A stretch of DNA of 47,048 nt, from NCBI GenBank assembly GCA_964410425.1, contig CAYPGT010000005.1, positions 13,656 through 60,703 of the forward strand. The letters are read 5' to 3'. The first letter of the stretch is position 1, and the number at the start of each line of letters is the position of its first letter. The translations under genes and the position numbers were made by a program. Of this stretch, positions 9,601 to 17,647 are shown piece after piece. The DNA is from an uncultured Gammaproteobacteria bacterium (GTDB taxonomy: Bacteria; Cyanobacteriota; Vampirovibrionia; LMEP-6097). The notes under the pieces were generated by a model. It was not told where the DNA came from, did no database searches, and worked only from the letters and a program-made list of their open reading frames with translations.

Positions 9601-11395
9601 AGTAATTTTTGCGAGGTGGATTGCTGAAATTGATGAGCTATTAGCTAATGCTGATATTAAAGAAAAGATGGCAGCTCTAAGAACTAGTACACTGAGTTCT
9701 TATTTAACTTGTCGCGATACGTTTGCTACTGTTCTTGCTAGGAATCTTAATGGTTTAGCTCCAGAGTTGCAATCAAGTGCAACTGAAGCTAATCAACAAA
9801 GATTAGCGAAGTTAGATGAGCTAATAGAAATTGGTTCTGTTATTGCGAGATCTAATTTCAATGAACATGCTTATCAATTAAGAAAGGATGTTAAGAGAGA
9901 GGGTAGACATTATCATATCGGAGATAATAAATTTAAATTAACTAAGTCATCTGATGATAATTCACCAGTTCTAGTTAATTGGATAGAGAAGATTGGTGAT
10001 TTTGATGAACATAGTTTTTTAGTATTGAGTAGAAAAAATTTAACTAATATTGAATCTGATTATGCAGCAATTCCAAGAGAGGATGACTCTTCAAGAATGC
10101 AATTTCTGGAAACTTTTGCTAGTCTTTTAAGATCTTTTAGTAGACCTAACTCAAAGTCCCTGGTGTTTGTTTTTCCTGCTGATATAAGTAATTCAAGATT
10201 TTTTAGTGATCTACAAAAATATTTATTTGAAAAGGGCTTGGATGTTCTTGGTCCCTTTGAAGGTAGTTCAATAGATCATGCTTTAGATCTTAATAATTTT
10301 AGAATAAGTGCTTTGAAGGACTCAGATGCTGAAAGACTGTTTATTGAAGGACAGCAAGCAAATCAAAGATCAAGGCTCTTAGCGGCTATTTATAAAGCAG
10401 TACTGAAGCGTAATCCAGATCTCGTCGAAGATAAGTTTTCAAGTTTACGGATGGCTATGGCTAGTTTTGAGACTAATGATTCTATCTCTTTAGATTTTAT
10501 TCGACAATGTTTGCTAGATTGGAACAATGATAGTTCAGCTAAATATACTTTATCAAAGGCTTTTGGCTTAGCTGAAAAGTATATTCAAATTTTACACGCT
10601 AAAGGTTTAACTTTAACTGAACTAGATATGAAAGCTTTAGCTCTTGCTATCTTGATTGAACGCAAAAGAGGGGATCCTAGAACTGATTGGTGTCAACCTG
10701 TAAAGAAATTAATAGAAATCTATATCAGATTAAGAACTTCATCAAATGAACAAGTCAAATCAAGTTATGAGTCTAAGTTAAATGAGCGTATTGTTACGCT
10801 GACGGAGATAATATTGAGTGGTAGTTTAGGGACTAGAATAACTATAAGTAAACGTTGGCAAATTGGTTCTAGCCCACTTGAAACCCATCTAGGTCGTTCA
10901 AGTCAAGTTGCATTAGTAAATAAATTAATTAAAGAACTAGATGATAAGCTTGAGCCATTAGCGGAAACTTTAAGCTTACAAGATTCAGCACCAAGTAGTG
11001 GAGTAGTTAAAACAATTTATGTTGATAGTAACAAGAGTGATTCTAAGGTTCTACTTTGGTTGACTAATGTCGCTGTGATTAGAAGTTCAAAGGAGTTTGA
11101 TCGTCTTGCTACAACTAAGCGCACAAATAATCCCATAATCCACTTAGATCCTCAATGTGATAAATATACTAAATACAAGGAGCCTAATGCAAAAACTAAG
11201 AGTTCGTATACTGTAGTCGATAATTTTCATAAATATACAAATCGTAAACGATTTGTAGCTTGTCAGAGTTGTTGTAAGGGTTTACCAGAAGATCGTGATC
11301 AGTTAGTAGCATATTTACAGAAAATACAAGAAGAATATGAGAGATCTCAAACTAAGCCTTCTACTTTATTTAATTTTGTAACAAGTGCTATTTAA
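6689..11395 (+). CDS. Large superfamily-2 DEXH helicase-domain protein (ResIII/Irc3-like core) with ~950-aa unknown C-terminal region
   Basis: Motif I PTGTGKT, II DEVHH, III SAT, V LKEGVD, VI QIIGRGTR; C-terminal IHLDPQC...ACQSCC putative metal site. Confidence 0.8.
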   Translation: MIAKITSATPPVSPASAPVEAGERPSSVETTGANRFDPDASVTLPVASVSSPESLLVLEAFKTDLLSPVCFPDTDLRQTDSKFICSVNNPNGHDPYISLKSKFVDPKDSKRKETEYRFRFNPNLDRPRRPSIPVIGGINEVELVSSDTKSGLSSEQIQKANQGALRGVLIADPYWNARHRPQKAKKGKVDLKLEPFQKAASQAGFKALTEQASKSALIETPTGTGKTVIAWDLMDKYNSWLRSQNKPVGSTVFVVNSKAILKDAQNKLNKYYPGQYEAVRYYKDTDTNFDPKLVDKKTVAKKVMNSITAAAKPRVYFTSPRSLFKLLRDIKDKESISQAIFDEVHHLPAPLHRLSLKCLRDDHPDVAVAGYSATPFRTDGLSVSGHINNDTTANKSKTFSYSQREAWLDGYLPTVHIAQPRLPSIKSADQDPDTEYPETLNLGTKLIKYSDIWSRYQELRPSLYNGKTLILVQSTKDADKLAEYFQRQNVNAAVYHSHKEGSYQNYLAWNTGKWLDAAKHNDPSPEVLIAVDALKEGVDAMPAHLMICKSVDSLSSLTQIIGRGTRIAPAKTHLEVSDMAGITNAPAFLSAIMNYFKTIHSLDPRSSDNHSSYMDRCHQAMGEPGDELDLELFKLDSNIADRLRKYVDVIPKYLARRYINYEKLKEHDDELAILDEYIAKQLKLVPESKANAVDINRELGNYFGRLRKLLDSEKSSSKANALYTLRSQMIDALFTENDEVNPEYFIKSTASHRIIFKRLVALLEQHSNSVAAEHLNCFKDMEQILPEFVIKHKLNIRNARENITVLRNTLLSKLSVSDLFANYLTNQEFINTLSPFSQAVLRDIQDLESSGTIDRRLWFKSMESGRAIKEEKSIIWPGNDGRRCIAALYEAYCKIAERIADPMLKDKLSSMFDPSPYFSFRTEKALKLYDLYRLSQDFISKLVELGLHEGVNDPLFRLHDYLNILKRNKSSVIFARWIAEIDELLANADIKEKMAALRTSTLSSYLTCRDTFATVLARNLNGLAPELQSSATEANQQRLAKLDELIEIGSVIARSNFNEHAYQLRKDVKREGRHYHIGDNKFKLTKSSDDNSPVLVNWIEKIGDFDEHSFLVLSRKNLTNIESDYAAIPREDDSSRMQFLETFASLLRSFSRPNSKSLVFVFPADISNSRFFSDLQKYLFEKGLDVLGPFEGSSIDHALDLNNFRISALKDSDAERLFIEGQQANQRSRLLAAIYKAVLKRNPDLVEDKFSSLRMAMASFETNDSISLDFIRQCLLDWNNDSSAKYTLSKAFGLAEKYIQILHAKGLTLTELDMKALALAILIERKRGDPRTDWCQPVKKLIEIYIRLRTSSNEQVKSSYESKLNERIVTLTEIILSGSLGTRITISKRWQIGSSPLETHLGRSSQVALVNKLIKELDDKLEPLAETLSLQDSAPSSGVVKTIYVDSNKSDSKVLLWLTNVAVIRSSKEFDRLATTKRTNNPIIHLDPQCDKYTKYKEPNAKTKSSYTVVDNFHKYTNRKRFVACQSCCKGLPEDRDQLVAYLQKIQEEYERSQTKPSTLFNFVTSAI

Positions 11396-11427
11396 AATGA
11401 TAGCTACTTTTGTAAATTTGTAGAATT

Positions 11428-12780
11428 TTATCTCTTAAATTTTAAGCGCATCGCTTTTGGCGTATCCCAGAACTGATCATTATGGTATGCAATGTGACCA
11501 TTGATGAAGGTGTAAATTACCTGAGAATGAAATGTAGTTCCTTCAAACGGTGACCAAGCACACTTATAGAGTATGTTTGACTTCTTCACTGTCCAAGCTT
11601 TATTCAAGTCAATCAAAACCATATCAGCGTAGTAGCCAGGTCGAATAAATCCTCTGCGATCTATCTTAAATCTCTTCGCGACGTTGTGTGAGGTCTTCTC
11701 TATTACTGTAGCTAGATCAAAGACACCTTGATGGGCTAATTCTAGAACTGCTACTAGAGCGTGTTGTACTAGGGGACCTCCAGAAGCAACCCTAAAATAG
11801 TCAGTGCCAGTTTTCTCTTCAAGGGTATGCGGTGCGTGATCTGTTGCTATGATGTCAATTAAGTCAGAATTAATAGCGTCTCTAAGAGCGTCTCTGTCTT
11901 CAATAGATTTAATTGCTGGATTCCACTTGATAAAGTTACCTTTCTCTGCATAATCCTTATCACTAAACCAGAGATGATGTACACATACCTCTGCTGTGAT
12001 TTTTTTCTCAGAGACGTCCCCTGGATCTAATAATTTTAATTCCTTATGTGTAGTTAAGTGTAATATATGAAGGTTGGCATGGTGCTTACGAGCAAGTCCT
12101 ACTATCCAAAAGCTTGACTTATAGCAAACTTCAGCATCTCTAATAAGAGGGTGATGTTCTATCTTGATATCGTCACCATATTTTTCCTTGAACTTAGCGA
12201 TATTTTCTAAGATACTTGGTTCATGCTCACAATGAGTGGTTACTATGAGCCCTGTTTGTGCTGAATATTCTAGTATCTTTTCTATGGTGTTTTGATTGTC
12301 AACAAGCATATTGCCTGTAGAAGCACCTAGGAAGATTTTAATCCCACAAACCTCATCAGGATTGGTTCTAAGTACTTCTTCTAAGTTGTCATTGGAAGTA
12401 CCCATGTAAAAAGAATAATTAGCAAGTGATTTATCTGCTGCTAGTTGATACTTCTGTTCTAATAATTCTTGCGTTAAGGTTCGTGGATTAGTATTAGGCA
12501 TATCCATAAATGAAGTGATGCCTCCAGCTATGGCTGCACGTGACTCTGTAAATAAATCACCCTTATGAGTTAATCCTGGATCACGAAAATGCACTTGATC
12601 GTCAATCATGCCAGGTATGAGGTAAAGTCCTGTGGCATCGATGGTATTTCTTATGCGTATATTGGGTTCGGCTTCTCTGTATATCTTCTTAATAAACTCA
12701 TCTTCTATAAGAACAGATCCAATGAAAGTTTCCCCTTCGTTGACTATCGTTGCATTCTTGATTAGTTTTTTATTGGGCAT
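11428..12780 (-). CDS. pyrC: Dihydroorotase
   Basis: IDDQVHFRDPG, DMPNT, KWNPAIK, IATDHAPH. The ORF track says +, but the + strand has TTA at 11428-11430 and CAT at 12778-12780, so the gene is on the minus strand. Confidence 0.92.
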   Translation of the reverse strand: MPNKKLIKNATIVNEGETFIGSVLIEDEFIKKIYREAEPNIRIRNTIDATGLYLIPGMIDDQVHFRDPGLTHKGDLFTESRAAIAGGITSFMDMPNTNPRTLTQELLEQKYQLAADKSLANYSFYMGTSNDNLEEVLRTNPDEVCGIKIFLGASTGNMLVDNQNTIEKILEYSAQTGLIVTTHCEHEPSILENIAKFKEKYGDDIKIEHHPLIRDAEVCYKSSFWIVGLARKHHANLHILHLTTHKELKLLDPGDVSEKKITAEVCVHHLWFSDKDYAEKGNFIKWNPAIKSIEDRDALRDAINSDLIDIIATDHAPHTLEEKTGTDYFRVASGGPLVQHALVAVLELAHQGVFDLATVIEKTSHNVAKRFKIDRRGFIRPGYYADMVLIDLNKAWTVKKSNILYKCAWSPFEGTTFHSQVIYTFINGHIAYHNDQFWDTPKAMRLKFKR

Positions 12781-12785
12781 GGTAA

Positions 12786-13520
12786 TTAATGTTTGCTAAT
12801 GACTATCTCTGGTTCTACATGGAAAGGATTGAGATCTGTATCGTAATCATAATAATCTTCACCTTCGGATTTTTTTAGAAACTTAATCAAATGCACTGTT
12901 AGTATAGGATAGGCAATAATTTCCCATACTACCTTAATGATGTATTTGCTTATCATCATTTTCACTACAAGGCTTACCGGATAGCCTTCCGCTCCTAAGA
13001 ATCCTAATGGGTAAATTATCAGTGTGTCTACCAGCTCACCTGCTATGGTAGAACCTATTAGCCTTGCAACCATAAACTTACCTTTCATAAGCATTTTCAT
13101 CTTGGCTACGACATAACTATTGGTGAATTCTCCGCACCAGAAGGCAATCATACTAGCAATACTTACTCTAAAGCTTTGGTTAAAAATCTGTGCATATGAA
13201 CCTTGTAGCTGCCAATCCGGATCTGGTGGCAAGAATATAAAAAACTGAATTATTAGATTAGAAATAATTAGAGCTGTGAATCCAGTATAAATGACCCTCC
13301 GAGAAGCTGAATAACCGTAAATCTCTGTTAGTATGTCTCCAATTAAATAAGAGATAGGGAAGAGTAAGATTCCGGTAGTGGTACTGAAACAAAACCATTC
13401 ATCCCAGCCTATACATAGTCGAGTAACTTTAACACTACCAACTAGATTAGTAATAATTAGCACCACTACGAAGGTTATGGTGATTATATCTAGGTATTTG
13501 TATTGTTTGAGCTTTTGCAC
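12786..13520 (-). CDS. yhhQ: Queuosine precursor transporter (VUT/YhhQ family)
   Basis: Multi-TM protein with GILLFPISYLIGDILTEIYG, ASMIAFWCGEFTNSYV, STIAGELVDT and C-terminal DYYDYDTDLNPF. Confidence 0.88.
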   Translation of the reverse strand: MQKLKQYKYLDIITITFVVVLIITNLVGSVKVTRLCIGWDEWFCFSTTTGILLFPISYLIGDILTEIYGYSASRRVIYTGFTALIISNLIIQFFIFLPPDPDWQLQGSYAQIFNQSFRVSIASMIAFWCGEFTNSYVVAKMKMLMKGKFMVARLIGSTIAGELVDTLIIYPLGFLGAEGYPVSLVVKMMISKYIIKVVWEIIAYPILTVHLIKFLKKSEGEDYYDYDTDLNPFHVEPEIVISKH

Positions 13521-13581
13521 GATTTGTGAATAAGGTACTAGTTTAATTATAGTATAGTATCAACTTGCTACAATTCTTCCT

Positions 13582-14136
13582 ATGATTTTGCTTTATCTAC
13601 TCTGCTTACTACTCAGTTCTTGTCACCATAAAGAGCCTAAAGTTTATAGATTATCCAAGTCACTTGATGGTGATTCTATGTTTGTTACTGATTATAATTG
13701 TCGTAAGGCCTGTGCCGAAACTGAGCTTAGATTACTTGGTATGGACGCTCCAGAGTATAGCCAAGACCCTTGGGGGAAACGTGCTAGAGAGTTCTTAGTC
13801 TCTCAGATCCACGGTGACACTAAATTATATGTAGAAACTACTTCACCTGTTCATGATAAATATGGACGGACGCTTGCGTTTCTTTATTATGAAACTAATA
13901 ATGAGAGGAAGTTTTTGAATTATGAAATGTTGAAGAATGGATACGCTCAGCTCTTCATTCTTTCTAAGAATTTTAAGCATGCGACTAAATTGAAAGACGC
14001 AGAAGCATATGCTAGAAGCCGTAAATTACATATTTGGCAAGAAACTGGTGGCTTAACTATGAGCCCATACAAGTATAGAAAGATGAAGAAAAAAGCTCTT
14101 AAGAAAGCTCAGAAAGCTGTTAATCATCCTGTATAA
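13582..14136 (+). CDS. Thermonuclease (SNase-like) family lipoprotein
   Basis: Lipobox LLSSC; DGDS, RLLGMDAPE, DKYGRTLAF, G(Y)A and AE..AR..KLHIW motifs. Confidence 0.88.
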   Translation: MILLYLLCLLLSSCHHKEPKVYRLSKSLDGDSMFVTDYNCRKACAETELRLLGMDAPEYSQDPWGKRAREFLVSQIHGDTKLYVETTSPVHDKYGRTLAFLYYETNNERKFLNYEMLKNGYAQLFILSKNFKHATKLKDAEAYARSRKLHIWQETGGLTMSPYKYRKMKKKALKKAQKAVNHPV

Positions 14137-14146
14137 TGTTCTCTAA

Positions 14147-14740
14147 GTGGCTTTGAACCAACATAAGAAGAATTTATTTGATGAACTTGCTGGTCCGAAT
14201 AGCTTGTCAGAGTTAGGTGTTGATAAGGCGAAAATTATAAGAGCGGTAGAGTCACTTAAAGTTCACTCTATAGAAATTAATCCAGTGAATATTGCTTTAG
14301 AGTTGGGAGTGCCCAGATCCTTTGTTTATGCAGATCTAGAGTTACTGCAATATATTTATCGTAATGCTACTAATCTTACAGGACAGGACAAGCTTCTCTC
14401 TGACTTGATTACAGAACTTAAATCGCATAAGCGCAAAATCCTTCGTCTTAATAACCAGCTTGAGCAACTAGAGAAAAATAAGGATAGTAGTTTTAATGAT
14501 GGTTTCTCTAAAGGTGCTTCTTTGAATTTTACTAAGCTTACTCCCAGCCCTGTGGCTCGGGACCTATGGGCTAGAGGAGTTCTATATATCGATTCTGAGC
14601 TTTCTCTAAATGAGCAAATAATCAAGAAAGCCTACCGTAATATGGTGACACTCTTGCACCCTGACCAAACAGGTAAAGATACATCCAGCCTATTGAACAC
14701 ACTAAAAGAAGCCTATGAATATCTCTTAGCTCAAGTCTAG
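14147..14740 (+). CDS. Protein with C-terminal J (DnaJ) domain, coiled coil and N-terminal HTH-like segment
   Basis: IKKAYRNMVTLLHPDQTG...LKEAYEYL (HPD motif); NIALELGVPRSFVY is HTH-like; GTG start. Confidence 0.7.
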   Translation: MALNQHKKNLFDELAGPNSLSELGVDKAKIIRAVESLKVHSIEINPVNIALELGVPRSFVYADLELLQYIYRNATNLTGQDKLLSDLITELKSHKRKILRLNNQLEQLEKNKDSSFNDGFSKGASLNFTKLTPSPVARDLWARGVLYIDSELSLNEQIIKKAYRNMVTLLHPDQTGKDTSSLLNTLKEAYEYLLAQV

Positions 14741-14838
14741 GTGTAGAGCTTGCCGCTTTTACCTTTCCTTAAGCGTTATCCAGGAATTTTATTGTAGAAT
14801 CTACTAAGCGCACTTGGTCTACTGAGTGATTGTTACAT

Positions 14839-14926
14839 GCCGATGTGGCGGAATGGTAGACGCAACAGACTTAAAATCTGTTGGGAGCTTGCTCCCGTGC
14901 CGGTTCAAGTCCGGCCATCGGTACCA
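14839..14926 (+). tRNA. tRNA-Leu (anticodon TAA), intronless, CCA encoded
   Basis: GCCGATG acceptor stem pairs with CATCGGT-ACCA; D-loop GGAATGGTAGAC; anticodon arm ACAGA-CTTAAAA-TCTGT; long variable arm GGGAGCTTGCTCCC; T-loop GGTTCAAGTCC. Confidence 0.97.
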
Positions 14927-14930
14927 TTTT

Positions 14931-15974
14931 CTAAAAATACTCTTTAACAGAGAACTCGAACTGTTGCATAAATAACTTCTTAAAATGCACGATGCTGTTT
15001 TGCTCGTAGAACAAGATCAGGCACTTTTTATAGTCATACTCATCTACATTTCGGTAGGATAAAGGGCAATAGTTATGTGCTAATAAGATCGCCGTAGCTA
15101 GGATTCTCGCGGTTCGTTTATTGCCATCCTGGAATGCTTGTATGTAACTTATCATGGCTAGACTAATTAGTGCTTTAGCTGGGGGGGAGTTCTCAGTATT
15201 AATGGTTTTGCATAGCAATTGTATAGCCCTCTTGATATCAGCTTCATTGGCTAATGGTTTGTATTTAGTGCCAATGATTCCTACTTTTTTATTGCGAAGG
15301 CCGCTTGCTATATCCAAGTCCTTCACTAGTAGAGAGTGTATTTTGAGGATTTTTTTGATATCAATTTTAGTAAATAGTTTCTGATTTTTAATAATATAAT
15401 CAAGTGCTGCTTTGTGATTAAGTATCATTGTGGCTTCTTCTTTGCTGTGTCCTTTTGATTCTATTCTTTCTTTAATAAGCCTTTCAGTATCCAACAGAGT
15501 ATAGGTGTTACCTTCAAGCCTAGATGATTTCCAGCTCAGTTCTATAACTAAACGCTCTAGCTCTTTCCGGTAGATTGTTTGAGAGCTTTTTTTGATGTTT
15601 GATAGATATTGCTTATTTAATGTGTCCAATTGAAGCTCTTCTGATTTAGAGAAAATGTTTGATAAATTATTGAATAAATCAAAATCAAATCCCTCTTGAA
15701 TCCTCCTATCGTCTGAATCTATTGAAAAATATTCTGCAAAATTTACGTTTCGCAATAATTTATATTTACTGGAGAGCTTATATCTTATAGTTTTGCCTTC
15801 GCCTTCTGTGCTAACTAGACTTTCTTGAATTAGCATGCGCAAATCTCGATTCAGAGTAACCTTGCTGATATCAAAACCCTTATCATGTATTTTGCTTAGC
15901 AACTCACTTATCGCTAGAGAAGCTTTCTCTAGGAGTTTGAGTATTAGCTCTGTTCTTGGATTGAGCTGAAACAT
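14931..15974 (-). CDS. Fic family protein with N-terminal winged HTH
   Basis: Fic-like motif IQAFQDGNKRTAR; inhibitory-helix motif SSRLEGN; HTH SKVTLNRDLRMLIQESLV. Confidence 0.9.
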   Translation of the reverse strand: MFQLNPRTELILKLLEKASLAISELLSKIHDKGFDISKVTLNRDLRMLIQESLVSTEGEGKTIRYKLSSKYKLLRNVNFAEYFSIDSDDRRIQEGFDFDLFNNLSNIFSKSEELQLDTLNKQYLSNIKKSSQTIYRKELERLVIELSWKSSRLEGNTYTLLDTERLIKERIESKGHSKEEATMILNHKAALDYIIKNQKLFTKIDIKKILKIHSLLVKDLDIASGLRNKKVGIIGTKYKPLANEADIKRAIQLLCKTINTENSPPAKALISLAMISYIQAFQDGNKRTARILATAILLAHNYCPLSYRNVDEYDYKKCLILFYEQNSIVHFKKLFMQQFEFSVKEYF

Positions 15975-15984
15975 GAGAATTTAT

Positions 15985-16048
15985 CGTATCATTTTATAGT
16001 CAAATGCGTATCATTTTTGATATGCATCTTAACAGTTCATGATACGCA
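15985..16048. promoter_or_regulatory. Putative operator repeats upstream of fic
   Basis: Palindrome ATGCGTATCA-TTTT-TGATATGCAT at 16004-16027; CGTATCATTTT at 15985 and 16007; inverted ATGATACGCA at 16039-16048. Confidence 0.55.
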
Positions 16049-16062
16049 AAAGACTTGAAAAT

Positions 16063-16107
16063 GAGCTTGCTCCCGTGCCGGTTCAAGTCCGGGCGTCGGT
16101 ACCATTT
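16063..16107 (+). repeat. att-like duplicate of the tRNA-Leu 3' end
   Basis: GAGCTTGCTCCCGTGCCGGTTCAAGTCCGGgCgTCGGTACCATTT is 43/45 identical to 14885-14929. Confidence 0.92.
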
Positions 16108-16488
16108 ATTTAAATTGATATCATTTTGACATTTGATTGATCACTACTGGACACTAAGTAAATATCTTGATTATCTACGAGTTGGAAATTTGTCTTTAGT
16201 TAAAGCCAAGTGAGTTTTCAATTAATTAAGCACTTAACTATCTAAATCTTCAAACACCGCATACATAATCTGAATTATAATGAAAACATTAGGTAAATAC
16301 ACTTGATTAAAACATAGTTAAGATGTACAATTTTAAGCCCGATTTGGAACCTTAGTCGTTACAATTAAGACTAGGTATATAGATTCCGAATCCGTAATAG
16401 GCTAATTTTATAGCAAAAGAAATTAAACGGCCCCCAGAATCGACTATCAATTGTAATAGTATTGTGCTTTATATAAAGGAGAGTGTAG

Positions 16489-17547
16489 ATGTCAAGAAGA
16501 AAATCTGCAGAGACTAAAAGTGCTATGGATGAGAATATACTTACTTTTGACGATGATGATGCGTTGATTGATACTCCTGATTGTTTTGATCAGGTGGATC
16601 TTGATGATGTGAATCTAGAGTCGGATATTATATCCTCCGCTGCTTCACGCAGAAAGGATGATTCAGCAAATGATGATAACAGTGATGAGTTAGATGGTGT
16701 TTCACCTCTATCTGATGACTCTGTGAAGATGTATTTGCGTGAGATCGGGCGTGTGCCACTACTTAATGCTAAGGAAGAGATTGAATTAGCTAGAGGTATT
16801 AAAGAAGGTGATATTAACGCTAAGCGTAAGTTGGTTAGACACAACTTAAGACTAGTAGTTTCTATCGCTAAGAAATATATCAATCGTGGATTGCCATTCC
16901 TTGATTTAATTCAAGAGGGTAATTTAGGTCTGATTAGAGCTGCTGAGAAGTTTGATCCAGAGCGTGGTTATAAGTTTTCTACTTATGCTACTTGGTGGGT
17001 TAGACAAGGTATCACTAGATCCTTATCAGACAAGTCTCGTACTATTCGTGTACCAGTACACATGGTTGAGACTATTAATAAGTTCAAGAAGATAGCTCGT
17101 AAACTTGGTCAAGAACTTAATCGTAGACCAACAGAGGAAGAGTTAGCTGAAGTAATGGAAGTATCTACCATTAAGATCAAGGAGATAGTCTCAGCTATGA
17201 GAACTCCAGTAAGTCTTGAGTCACCTATTAATAGTGATGACGATGGTAAGTTAGAGGACTTCATTGCAGATCCTAATCAAGCGATTAGACCAGAGATGGC
17301 TGCAACAGAGAACCTACTTGCTGACGATATCGTTAAGGTGCTTGATACCCTTACACAGAAAGAGAAAGCTGTAATCCAGTTACGTTTCGGAATTGACTCA
17401 GGTCAAGAACGTACTTTAGAAGAAGTTGGACGTATGCTCAGAATTACACGTGAGCGTGTTCGCCAGCTTGAGTTTAGAGCTCTGAAGAAACTAAGACATC
17501 CAGAGAGAGCAATTAAACTTAAAGATTACTTAGATATGGTGCTTTAA
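16489..17547 (+). CDS. rpoD: RNA polymerase sigma-70 factor, RpoD/SigA family
   Basis: [48 protein letters not shown]...TRERVRQLE; SD AAGGAG upstream. Could be a group 1 or group 2 paralogue. Confidence 0.9.
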   Translation: MSRRKSAETKSAMDENILTFDDDDALIDTPDCFDQVDLDDVNLESDIISSAASRRKDDSANDDNSDELDGVSPLSDDSVKMYLREIGRVPLLNAKEEIELARGIKEGDINAKRKLVRHNLRLVVSIAKKYINRGLPFLDLIQEGNLGLIRAAEKFDPERGYKFSTYATWWVRQGITRSLSDKSRTIRVPVHMVETINKFKKIARKLGQELNRRPTEEELAEVMEVSTIKIKEIVSAMRTPVSLESPINSDDDGKLEDFIADPNQAIRPEMAATENLLADDIVKVLDTLTQKEKAVIQLRFGIDSGQERTLEEVGRMLRITRERVRQLEFRALKKLRHPERAIKLKDYLDMVL

Positions 17548-17565
17548 TCCCCCCGACCAAATTAA

Positions 17566-17600
17566 AATAAAAAGCCACTCGTAAGGGTGGCTTTTTTATT
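17566..17600 (+). terminator. Intrinsic, probably bidirectional, terminator after rpoD
   Basis: AAAAAGCCACTC-GTAA-GGGTGGCTTTTTT hairpin with A and T tracts. Confidence 0.85.
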
Positions 17601-17647
17601 CGTCTTGGTAGGTATTTATACTTATTTTAATATACAATTGACAAGGC

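Larger units (their letters stand above)
14885..16107. mobile_element. Minimal genomic islet integrated at the tRNA-Leu 3' end, carrying only a Fic gene
   Basis: 45-bp direct repeat of the tRNA 3' half at 14885-14929 and 16063-16107 (2 mismatches) flanks a single ORF; no integrase inside. Confidence 0.85.

Noticed and set aside
6689-11395. Type I/III restriction enzyme R subunit
   Set aside because: The helicase core is ResIII-like, but no methyltransferase or specificity gene and no clear PD-(D/E)xK or PLD motif were seen.
11428-12780. ORF track lists the dihydroorotase on the + strand
   Set aside because: The sequence shows the start (CAT at 12778-12780) and stop (TTA at 11428-11430) on the minus strand.
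16063-16107. Second tRNA gene
   Set aside because: Only the variable arm, T arm and 3' acceptor strand are present; no 5' half or anticodon. It is an att duplicate.
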